Shown one piece after another: positions 51,901-61,163 of a stretch of 64,000 nt of DNA. The stretch is from Asterias rubens (Eukaryota): contig NC_047075.1 in assembly GCF_902459465.1 (NCBI RefSeq), positions 4,464,001-4,528,000 on the forward strand, written 5' to 3'. A program made the translations under genes and the position numbers. Below the pieces are notes generated by a model, which saw only the letters and a list, made by a program, of their open reading frames with translations, ran no database searches and had not been told where the DNA came from. Position 1 is the stretch's first letter. Each line of letters starts with the position of its first letter.

Positions 51901-53139
51901 CAAATTTTTGACTCGTCCCATAAATTTTTTACTCCCATAACAAACGGTTACAAACGCTTTTCAAAGACCAACTCGGCCGATCCAAGGCAACGTGTTCTTT
52001 TAATTCCATTCCATACACAATATAAACAATGGAACATATAGATATGACCATGGGCAATCAATAAGTAGATATTGATACAATTCAGCCACCTTAAGGCTGT
52101 GAAGTTTTTATTTTTGGAATAAACCAAATAATAGGCCTACACCAATCAATAAATTAAACATTATCTTCCTCAAACCGGAGTGTGATAATAAGCCATAGTA
52201 GTAAGTACCTACTAATACTCTCAGTTTGTATACTGCACTCTGCGTATTGTGAGTGTCAGTGCAAGAATTACATTCTAAACATTATCTTCCTCAAACCGGA
52301 GTGTGATAATAAGCCATAGTAGTAAGTACCTACTAATACTCTCAGTTTGTATACTGCACTCTGCGTATTGTGAGTGTCAGTGCAAGAATTACATTCTAAA
52401 CATTATCTTCCTCAAACCGGAGTGTGATAATAAGCCATAGTAGTAAGTACCTACTAATACTCTCAGTTTGTATACTGCACTCTGCGTATTGTGAGTGTCA
52501 GTGCAAGAATTACATTCTAAACATTATCTTCCTCAAACCGGAGTGTGATAATAAGCCATAGTAGTAAGTACCTACTAATACTCTCAGTTTGTATACTGCA
52601 CTCTGCGTATTGTGAGTGTCAGTGCAAGAATTACATTCTAAACATTATCTTCCTCAAACCGGAGTGTGATAATAAGCCATAGTAGTAAGTACCTACTAAT
52701 ACTCTCAGTTTGTATACTGCACTCTGCGTATTGTGAGTGTCAGTGCAAGAATTACATTCTAAACATTGTGCGTGTACGAGGTTCCTCATGAAATAACGCT
52801 CTGTAATTTTAAACTTTCAGGTTTACTTAATGAGGCTGGAAGATAAATTCGTTATCACACGCACGCTCGTGAAATACGTTAAAATACAGCGCATTTGCAA
52901 CCCATATCCAACTCAGCCTTCAGCCTCGTTGGATATGGAACGCAGAAGCGCTTTATTTTAACGTATTCCACCCGCGCTTGTGTGATAACTTACTATGTAC
53001 ACACATACGTGTTTGACCATATAACTGGGCTAAGGGAAGGGTGTGAAAGAAACCTACCTGTCCTGATAAGAAAGTCTCCCAGAGTGAGACAGAGGAACAG
53101 ACCAAAGAATGCCAGAGCTGTCCGTTTCCAAAGACTCAT
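11958..53139 (-). CDS. Giant multi-exon secreted glycoprotein (at least 3153 aa): repeated beta-rich modules, Cys-rich inserts, EGF-like unit, WSC domain; probably 3'-incomplete
   Basis: Coding exons read by hand, each AG/GT bounded (one GC donor), each phase matching the next: 53139-53058 (signal peptide MSLWKRTALAFFGLFLCLTLG; alternative ATG 53166), 51736-51633, 50533-50408, 49363-49238, 48256-48142, 47970-47647, 46759-46493, 45886-45800, 44363-43403, 41994-41808, 40758-40629, 39403-39317, 38473-38273, 36260-35985, 34844-33486, 31235-30972, 30425-28194, 26707-26484, 25481-25330, 22336-22218, 20797-20505, 19902-19596, 16988-16816, 14865-14630, 12984-11958. Total 9459 nt with no internal stop. 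Confidence 0.8.
13622..13978. mobile_element. TTAA-target MITE family D, representative copy
   Basis: ttaa-agggaaggtacacgttt ... aaacgtgtaccttccct-ttaa. Related copy at about 41100-41466. Confidence 0.8.
14630..14865 (-). CDS. Giant gene exon: first half of WSC domain
   Basis: IGCFHD...MTRELCQKLC matches the WSC pattern GC(F/Y)xD...MTxxxCxxxC; AG/GT boundaries. Confidence 0.8.
16548..16798. mobile_element. MITE with gggtgcg TIRs and 3-bp TSD (PIF/Harbinger-like)
   Basis: tat-gggtgcgtttgattagcttcc ... ggaagctaattgaacgcaccc-tat. A related copy at about 48941-49091 sits inside a SINE. Confidence 0.7.
17122..17512. mobile_element. TTAA-target MITE family C, representative copy
   Basis: ttaa-aggaacacgttgccttggatcgg ... 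ccgatccaaggaaatgtgttcct-ttaa. Related copies at about 587-976 and 51760-52003. Confidence 0.8.
18355..19482. mobile_element. Non-autonomous hAT-type element with subterminal GACTT arrays
   Basis: Imperfect TIRs cagtcttgtt / acaacactg; perfect 8-bp TSD gcagatgt. An empty paralogous site is at about 17880 (gtagatgtcttgcc). Confidence 0.88.
20060..20620. repeat. Three-copy duplication (about 203-bp period) of an exon 3' end + donor
   Basis: gagtcttccatgacatccc...aaacctctcacacatctgagcctgattaaac at about 20100, 20304 and 20507. Confidence 0.9.
21519..22200 (-). repeat. Head-to-tail array (about 145-bp unit x4) of a tRNA-like-containing repeat
   Basis: Units repeat at about 21545, 21690, 21835 and 22012; minus strand carries ggtagtctagttggtaagacactgctctagaattgcaagggtcgtgggttcgaatccc. 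A second array lies at about 23260-23870. Confidence 0.75.
24760..25326. repeat. 42-bp minisatellite, about 13.5 copies
   Basis: Unit aaacaacgcatgagacccaaactggatcaacagtgctcacag; degenerate copies extend to about 24330. Confidence 0.95.
28194..30425 (-). CDS. Giant gene largest exon (2232 nt): CxC-rich insert plus repeat modules
   Basis: Core of the 814-aa ORF. Acceptor ccaacag at 30426; inferred GC donor at 28193. Contains DQVIFDFQISHTEESDAPAFNV and SIGDYVRMKATLWIPE. Confidence 0.88.
33486..34844 (-). CDS. Giant gene exon (1359 nt) with a 26-aa x5 N-glycosylation-rich repeat
   Basis: Core of the 463-aa ORF. Acceptor ttttaacag, donor GTGAGT, phase 1-1. Confidence 0.88.
34890..35300 (+). mobile_element. 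tRNA-derived SINE, representative near-full copy
   Basis: A-box gtcgcggccgagcggtt, B-box gggttcggatccc, body gtgtccttaagcaagacacttaacc and (att)n tail. Related copies at about 20925-21325(-), 45385-45790(+), 40110-40470(-), 47330-47625(+), 53510-53830(-) and 59990-60200(-). Confidence 0.8.
36600..38400. repeat. Tandem array (150-185-bp period, 10 copies) of an exon 3' end + donor + CAGACAAA microsatellite
   Basis: gacttaccagggtcacc...gttagagtac recurs at about 36742, 36927, 37111, 37280, 37433, 37618, 37776, 37927, 38112 and 38267. Confidence 0.95.
39463..39822. mobile_element. hAT-type MITE
   Basis: TIRs taagcttggg / cccaagctta; 8-bp TSD atttgtag / acttgtag (one mismatch); CGATAT-rich interior. 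Confidence 0.75.
41960..42960. repeat. 84-85-bp minisatellite, about 12 copies, spanning an intron acceptor and exon start
   Basis: Unit ttcctgaaaggaacacaaaaggggaacatttacgcccattatttctttgcc(c/a)(g)ctagatagggtaggatcagcgcctctgtaccc. Confidence 0.95.
43403..44363 (-). CDS. Giant gene exon (961 nt), repeat modules
   Basis: Core of the 357-aa ORF. Acceptor cttgcag, donor GTATGT, phase 1-2. Confidence 0.85.
46022..46370. mobile_element. TTAA-target MITE family B, representative copy
   Basis: ttaa-agccattagacactttcggta ... gaaagtgtccaatggct-ttaa. Related copies at about 22815-23208, 31636-31998, 33137-33428 and 50005-50355. Confidence 0.75.
52156..52767. repeat. 121-bp tandem repeat, five identical copies
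   Basis: Unit starts at 52156, 52277, 52398, 52519 and 52640; no differences seen between copies. Confidence 0.95.
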
Positions 53140-54479
53140 ATTGTCAGGTTTTTGCCATGGCGACATTTCTAAGCAGTCAATGGAGCAGCCATCATATCTT
53201 TCTCTCTGCTGAACTGTTAGAAAGTAGGAAAAAAAATCTACTAGTGGCTTCTTATAGACAATGTGACCCATGTTAACATTCAAATCGCCCTCTGTTGAAA
53301 AAACACTGTATACATGTACGTACATGTACGTCATGTTTGCCGGGCAAAAAGATGCGTAGTCATGGTAAGATTGCATACACTTTCTAGCGGCTGCCAAAAC
53401 ACATTTGAAGGTTTTGCCCGACGGTATGCACGCGAATCATGTTTTGGTTTTCGAGTGACGTCAGAGGTCACATCGTCTAAAGCTCCGGTTCGTACGGCAG
53501 TGACGCTCATGGCGCTTGTACAGTGTTACCCCTGGTCACTCGGCCTTATATCATTCCTTAAACCTAGAGCTCTTCCTTGCTCTATGCTTAAACCTTCTCA
53601 GCTCCCTGGGGAGTATACAGCCGGTGCTGCCAGTTACCGCCCTCCGCGCTGATCATTCTCATAAACCATCTCTGCCCTCACAGGCACCCATTTACACCTG
53701 TGTGGAGAGAAGCAATGGAATAGTGTCTTGCTCAGGGACACACAAGTGTCACGACCGGGATTCGAACCCACACCCTGCTGAACAGAAAAACCATAGCTTG
53801 AGTTCAGTGCTCTTATCCGCTCGCCATGACATGGCTAATGGAAAACTTTCCGTAGGGCGCCACCACTTTTCACTCATTTTTACAAAAAGGGATCTCATTG
53901 AGGTAAATTTAACACTATCCTTGTGTCATGTGTTTTCAGTAGGATAACAGGAAAATTGTTCACAATCAAAAACTAATTTTTTTTTTTTCAAATCATCTAT
54001 CCAATTTTTTAACAATAACACTTTCACTTCATGGTGTGTTGAAATTTTTAAAGTTTCGGTTTTACGTTGCGAGAGACAGTCCGCCATTAACAGTGCTTAT
54101 GCGTGCACGACATTGGAGCAACGTCATATGTTTTCAAACCTTTCATTGGTTGGTATTTTATTGAATATTCAGAAGCTAGTATGGCATGCAAAAAAAATCA
54201 AAAATATTATTCAATTACTACTTAACAAATTTGTCCTAAGGCATTATGGCTACTATATTAGAATCCGGAGATATCATAAGGCATGAAAGTAAAACACCCC
54301 CCCCCCCCCCTGGATGCACTCACACTTCATAACAATCCGTTTTCCCCCATTTCAGACCGGTAATGTTTGGTTTCAGGAGATAAGAAACCAATCTATGATA
54401 TTTTCTCTTTAATGTAGACTTATTTTTATTACGCTTATCAGAATTTATTACAGTATGCAGTGTAAATAATTAAAAAAAA

Positions 54480-54595
54480 TTGTTGTCCTTTTCACTTAAA
54501 ATATTTTAATATTTTCCCACATTTGCACACCATAGACTCTATGGTGTGCAAATGTGGGGAAAATATTAAAATATTATAAGTGAAAATGACAACAA
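54480..54595. repeat. Near-perfect palindrome of about 116 bp
   Basis: aatattttaatattttcccacatttgcacaccataga-c-tctatggtgtgcaaatgtggggaaaatattaaaatatt; 1-nt centre at 54537. Confidence 0.9.
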
Positions 54596-55330
54596 GAATC
54601 CCAAATAGTAACCACCTCACATGATCCATCTAGTGACCTAAAGCAGAATGAAACTCAATCTAGCAGATAGTAATTTTGTTTTGAACTTTCGAGGTTGGTT
54701 GATGTTTCTTTGACTCATTTGAATGTTGGCGTAATAAATGCACTAGTAATTAGTACCAAAAATCAATCATTTTTATAAATGTTTCAGCAATGATAACCAA
54801 CGACAGGAAACTTTATTCTCAGCATGATTAAGCCTGAGGAAAATACAGACCGTGAGTAAACTGCATAGCTTCTGTCACCGGTGCAGCTTGCACAATTTCG
54901 CGGTAAACGGGAATCAATTCAAAGTTGGGGACCGAAAACATAATTATAGAGGGTCGATAACGTATGACGCTACGATATATTATTTCATATCGAATGAAAA
55001 AGGGAAAAGTTTCCGTATGGCGCCACCACTTTTTCATTCGATATGAAATAATAATATAGTATCTTATTTACCTCAATTAGATAACCCTTTTTGTAAAAAT
55101 TTGTGAAAAAGTGGTGGCGCCATACGGAAAGTTACCTGAAAAAGTCGTGGCGCCATACCAAAACTTTTCCAAATTAACAAACAAATTAAATAGTAAATAC
55201 CTTCTTGAATATTATATGTTTTCTTATAACCAACTCTGAAATGCATGAACCTGGTGTGCATGAACTTGAAATGCTGAACATTTCGCATTTCGTCCCTAAA
55301 ATGCAGTACAAAATAACCGAAAATACTTAC

Positions 55331-55430
55331 ACAAATTTGCAGACGACCTCAGCAGACATGACACTGACAGGAGAGTTGTTCAAGTTTTGACGCCAAGGAG
55401 TTCATCCTCGCATCCACGTTTTGTTAATAA
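55331..55430 (-). other. Probable 5' non-coding first exon of the giant gene
   Basis: GC-richer stretch ending at a GTAAGT donor (plus-strand acttac at 55325-55330). Its ATGs stop early or fall out of frame when joined to the acceptor at 53214. The 5' end is approximate. Confidence 0.4.
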
Positions 55431-55584
55431 CAAAGTGTCGTGTAAATTCAACGTGGGGACAATGTTTTTAATAACGAGGTTATCAGAAATAAAAACCTTG
55501 CACGTGTTAAGCGCCCTCTTGTGACAAGGGGTTTTACGGGGCTATTTTGTGAAGCGACTCTTTGAACCAAGACTAGCAGAGCAA

Positions 55585-55594
55585 CAAGATGGCG
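55585..55594 (+). promoter_or_regulatory. YY1-type CAAGATGGCG motif in a head-to-head promoter region
   Basis: Motif near the YY1 consensus about 125 bp upstream of the C1orf131-like ATG. Its own ATG frame stops after 18 codons. Confidence 0.4.
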
Positions 55595-55714
55595 ACCTAC
55601 ATAACACATGTGAAACATACAACGCATTGGAAATCTTCGTGTTGAGAGATCTATTCTTAGTCCAGAGAGAAAATAGGGATCCGAAAATAGTGTAATTAAC
55701 CATCATCGCATAAA

Positions 55715-58700
55715 ATGGAGGATATTGATCTACAACAACGACTTTTGAGTAAACTCAATCAATATGGTAGGCCTAATTGTCAAACATTCTCTTCTGTGAA
55801 ATTTGTTGTGACTGAACTGAACTAAAAAATTAACTGAGCTGAACCATAGAGCAAGGACCTGAACTGAGTCAACTAAAAAAATATAAAATAATAATAAATA
55901 TGGAAGTGTTTGCGAATTGCGGTAACACCATGTAATGACTATCTCTAAACTAAATGAGTTGGGGTGGTTCTGTAAAGAACCGTTGGTTTCAATTCGACGT
56001 TAACAAATATAACAAACAATATATTTTATTCTTATTTTATTATTTTATCTTATTCTTGACTTAATAACTTATAAATAAGTTAAAATTGATTTAAATTAAA
56101 TTGTTATTTACTTTTTAGTCTTTGTTCGACCTCGTAAAAATTTAGTAAGGTTAGTGGATAACTTTCCGTATGGCGCCACCACTTTTTCACTCATTTTTAC
56201 AAAAAGGGATATATCAATCAGGTAAATTAGATACTATATTATTTTATTTCGAATGAAAAAGTGGTGGCGCCATACGGAAACTTTTCCAGGTTAGTTCATT
56301 TGTAATGGTCATCAATGCCTTTATTTTATTTGTCATTTATTTAATTTTCTTAATTTGTTAATTACTTTTTTTTAACAGGGGACAGCTTGCTGGATGAAGA
56401 CAGGAAGACCAAAAAGAAAGCCAAAACATCAACCAAACTGCCTGAAAAAAATACACTCCGACCATCAAAAGATGGCGACCACCGACCAATCAATTCTCAA
56501 CGTTCCTTGTCTGCAAACAAATCACTTTCATCAACAAAAAGCAGGAAACGTAAGAAAACTAAAACGCCAGGTGACCAAAATGAGGATATGTCCAGAACTA
56601 AAGCTGCAACGGTTGCCATGGATTTTGAGGAGGAATTGAGGCTTTTTAAAAAGGAGCAGTTGGAGAAGACGAGACTAGAGAAGGAAGGGGCGGAGACGGA
56701 AGGAATGAAGGGAGGAGTAACAGCGAAGAGACCTCCCCCGGAGGTCATTGTGTTTCAGGATCCAAGCAGAAGGAAAAAGAAAAGGGTCTGTGGCTAGATT
56801 GTTGTGTCCGAGTAACAAACTAAATCAACATGGGTGACGTGGGTTATTCCGAGGTCTGGAGTTGATCAGGGCCCAATTTCATGCTTATTGCCGAATTCTG
56901 CGCTTACGATCACGATTCCCCGCTTACGTGCAAGCGCCGAATTTCTGCGCTAGCCTTGTAAGCGTAGAATGCCTAATAAAATGGAGTACGCATGCGCAAA
57001 AGCCAAAATTCGTCGCTAGCCCGTGAAATATGCTTGCCGTAAGCACAGAATTCTCTGCTTCCGTAAGCGCCGATTCTGTTCTTACGGTAAACAGAGCCAT
57101 GAAATTGGGCCCTGGGGCTTGCACGCTTTGCACTCGGAGTTCATTTTTTTTTCTTAACAGCATAAATCATATCCCTGTGGTATAAGCACTTCATTGTACC
57201 AGACTTTCTTCACAAATCTAACTCGCAAATGGCTTATTTAATTTGAGGATTTTTGAATTTCTTTATAGGTGCAAGAAGAGGAGCAAGCCGAGGCAGATGA
57301 GGATAAGTTCAACCTAAAGAAGGCTCGCTACGAGGTCAGACAGTTTGGTCTTTCAGGGTTTTCCTTCGAAGACAGAGAGAAGTGTGAGGCAGATCGAGCC
57401 GTGACCCTTGGTGCATGGGTGAGCTTATTTGGGTGGTTTATTTTTGGATTTTGTTTAACTTTAATTTGTTATATGCAAGTTGCCAGACACACAAGGCCTG
57501 AAGGCCACTTCAAGGTGTGGGCTACAATTAGTTGCGATAACGTAACCCTCCTCCCGACGGCCGCCACAATCAACTTTTTTTTTAAGGGCCGTTGCCACCT
57601 ACTCTTGGGGCTACCCCCTTTACAGTCCATAAATATAGTCGAGAATAAGTTATATGATAATAATAATAATGCACCTTAGAAACAGTTCTATAATTGCAAG
57701 TTAATTGACATTATTTTTGATTATTTCAGGCTCCAAAGCGAGAGTACATCAACTACAAGGAACTAATCTCAATACAGAAAGGCAAGAAGGAACAAGCGAG
57801 ACAGCAGCGAGAGATGGTAAGATATTATAAGAATAATAATAATAATATTGAAGTATTATATAGCGCACGTATCTACCAAACAAGGTACTCAAGGCGCTGA
57901 GTATATACAAAAAAGTAAGGGTGTCGGAGAGGGCTATGGAAAGGATTAAATTATTTTAGTATGTAAAATTTACCAGCATTAACCGGTTATGGTAAAATAC
58001 CATAACATGTTTTACATGCTAAAACTGAGACGAAAATTGTTTTTGTGACATTGTTTTACTCATTTCTCAAAAACTAAATCAATGCAGCGAGTAATATTTT
58101 AAGTGAAGCTTTCTACTATCTTGCTTAAGCAGTGTTAGTTTAATGTAAATCTGTGAACATTGTGTTTTATGATCATAAAAAGGTCCTAAACCCTTTAAAG
58201 TGGTATTACTTTTATGTTCAATATGTTTGGTGCCATGTTTTCTTTTGAAGGATCGTAAAATGGGTTACAGCGTGGCTAAGAAACCAACCACTGAGAAGGT
58301 CAGGGTAAAGTAAGTTGAAGTTTGATTCATAGCACACATAAGGCTTGTAATTAGACCAATTTTAGTGGTGGGCAAACAATCAAATTTTTGGGAAGTATAC
58401 CGAGGGCAAGGGGGATCAACAAAATTATTCATGTTTAATTGTGGGCCATTATTGCTGAAGTGGGGCGAGTTTTTCAAAACTGTTTGTGTTATGGGGCCAT
58501 GCAATAAGTTGAATGGCGTTTTGATTGTGTTCTTTCTCTGTGACATTCGATACTCAAATCATGCTGTGTTCCAGATCAATGCACAGTGGACAATATTTGA
58601 AATCTGTGCCGAGCGGCAAAATGTATTTTGCTCAGAGTGCTGGGCAAAAAATGTGAGTCCAGGGGTCGATTTCACAAAGAGTTAGGACTAGGCCTAACTT

Positions 58701-59346
58701 AGGACTAGTCCTAGGAGATGTACAAATTGCATGGATAGTCCTAAGTTAGGACGAGTAACTGGTCCTAACTCGAGATAAGACTAGTCCTAACTCTTTGTGA
58801 AATCCACCCCTGGGCAGGCCTGCCCAGCATTGCCACCGTGGCTACAACACTGGACAACATGTAATAATAATAGTGGCTTCTTATACCGTGCATATTCGTA
58901 ACCCAGCGCCCTCAAGGCACTTTAACGTACATTATTTTCTTAGCAAGGCACATGTATGGTGGACTACGTTTGCATTATGAGATCTACTTCTTTTAGCATA
59001 GCACCATGTAATGGTTTACAAGGTGCTGTGGTGCAATATGCTGCAAATCCAGCCAGGAACACCGGGGGAGTAGGTTATGGCTTATTATCACACTCCAAGT
59101 CGAGCATCTGATTGGAGGATTAGCGCGTACTGGAAGATAGTATTATTTATTATTATTTCAATAACTGATTTACTTCACAGAAATCAAGGATTTTGGCGGG
59201 ACCCTACGCAGGACAAGAAGTTCTTCATAGACGGCCAGATTGGGAGATACAAACAAGGTGTTCAGGTCGTCAGTAAGAATGAAATAACCGCGGTCAAATC
59301 AAGCAGGGGGAAGCGATCAGGTCGGACAAGCAAGATCAAATTTTAG
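55715..59346 (+). CDS. C1orf131: C1orf131-like protein (small-subunit processome assembly factor), 306 aa, 6 exons
   Basis: Phase-consistent exons 55715-55766, 56379-56785, 57269-57418, 57730-57816, 58251-58309, 59181-59346. Motifs KARYEVRQFGLSGF, RAVTLGA-APKREYINYK and GQIGRYKQG match the human C1orf131 family as I recall it. Confidence 0.85.
58662..58811. mobile_element. Short palindromic MITE rich in ctagtcctaa
   Basis: ggggtcgatttcacaaagagt ... actctttgtgaaatccacccc. Related copies at about 15462-15611 and 35778-35968. Confidence 0.7.
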
Positions 59347-60767
59347 TTCACTTAAAGGCACTAAGCATAAAAATCAGTAGAAATAACCGCAGTCAAATCT
59401 AGCAGGGGGAAACGATCAGGTCGGACAAGCAAGATCAAATTCTAATTCACTAAGCATAAAATCTTACTTGCTAAAGAGCAATGGAGAGCTGTTGATAGTA
59501 TAAAACATTGTGAGAATCGACTCCCTCTGAAGTAACGTAGTTCTCCAAAAGAAGGTATTTCTCACAAAAATATTTGAATTTGAGAAAGACTTCAGCAGCC
59601 GCGAAAAGTTTCGTGAAATTGGCTGTTGGCCTGAAGCTTTCTTCAGACATCTGATTGAAAGCACACAAATTTGTGCAACAAGGTTGTTTTTCTATCATTA
59701 TTTTCTTGTAACTTCGCCCAAGTTTTCACAGATTTGTTATTTTATGCATATCCTGCTGGATTACACCAAGTGAGAATACTGGTCTTTGATAAACTGCATA
59801 CCAACCAAAAGAACTTATGATATAAATGCTACTTTACTTTTTAAACACCCATTATGTTGACCGTGTCTTTAAAATTGTGTTAATATAGAATGAAATAAAC
59901 AAAACGGTAAATACCAGTTAACAATTAAAAATCATGTAGAAATCTATTTATTACTTTACATATTTACAGTGTTTACAACTGCAAAAGAATATTCTTCTGT
60001 ACATCTTCCTTTGAAATATCACTCAGATAAGAACCATCTCTGCCCTCACAGGTACCCTTTTACCCCTGGGTGGAGAGAAGCAATTATAGTTAAGTGTCTT
60101 GCTCAGGGACACAAGTGTCACGACCAGGACTCGAACCCACACTCCGCTGAACAGAAGCACCAGAGCTTGAGTGCGGTGCTCTTATCCGCGCGGCCACGAC
60201 TCCCCACATAGTATCTTAATGATTTGAGTACATTATGAACTGGCCACCCCGCCTAATAATAATATTAATAAAACCCAATTCTTATAGTGCTTTATGGGTG
60301 TCTCAAAGTATTCAGTATTTTTCCTGCGAGGCATGTGGTGTTGAAGCACGAGACCTACTCCTTTAAAGCACCATAATGGTTCCCAAGGTGCTGTTGCGCA
60401 ATCAAACCAGAAACACCGGGGCGAACCCATTGTCTTTATGATATTAGTGCGCTTGGTTCTTTTACGTGCATTACACAACACCAGGACCTCGGCTTAACGT
60501 CCCATCCAAAGGATGAAGTATGTGGTGAGGTGTCTTGGTTAGGACACAAGTGTAAGGACTGGGATAGGAACCACAACTCTGCTGCTGCTAAACAGAAACG
60601 CCAGAGCTCGAGTGCGGTGCTCTAATCCGCTCGGCCACAACACTCCAGATGGTCTCGTAATGGTTTGAGTACATTATCACCTGGCACTGTGCCTAATTGT
60701 GGTATAACTCGAGAGACGTAACCAGAGTAACTCCACATCAAACACATCGAACTGTAACATCGAACAC

Positions 60768-61148
60768 TAGGCCTGCATGACTTGTGCAGTTTACTACTCG
60801 ACTAGTCGCACCTCAAATAGCTGTGACGACGACACTAGTCGCGACTTGTTTTTACTTCTCAAGATGCAATGTTTGCTGCAGGCGCAATAAAGTAAAATTC
60901 ACACTGAAGGATTGAAGGATTTTATTTTGTCATTGATGTCTGATTGTGTTTTGTAAGTAAATTATGTTGTGAATAGTCGTGAGCGACACAATTGGTTCAC
61001 CAAACAGGTAGTCGCGACTGTTTTTGAAATAGTCGCGATTATTTGTTATTAGTCGTGGCGGAACGATTAATCGAGTAGTTGAAAAACTGTACACGCGACT
61101 CGACTAAGCAATCAATAGTCGACTACGACACTAGACGCATAAGGCCTA
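60768..61148. mobile_element. hAT-type MITE just downstream of the tectonic stop codon
   Basis: taggcct / aggccta ends; perfect 8-bp TSD tcgaacac. Related gtcgcgactag-rich copies at about 10614-10975, 39050-39300 and 51310-51612. Confidence 0.8.
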
Positions 61149-61163
61149 TCGAACACCTGCCTT

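Noticed and set aside
58575-58652. Possible extra exon in the C1orf131-like gene
   Set aside because: The gene already joins in frame without it, and it has the wrong phase for that intron.
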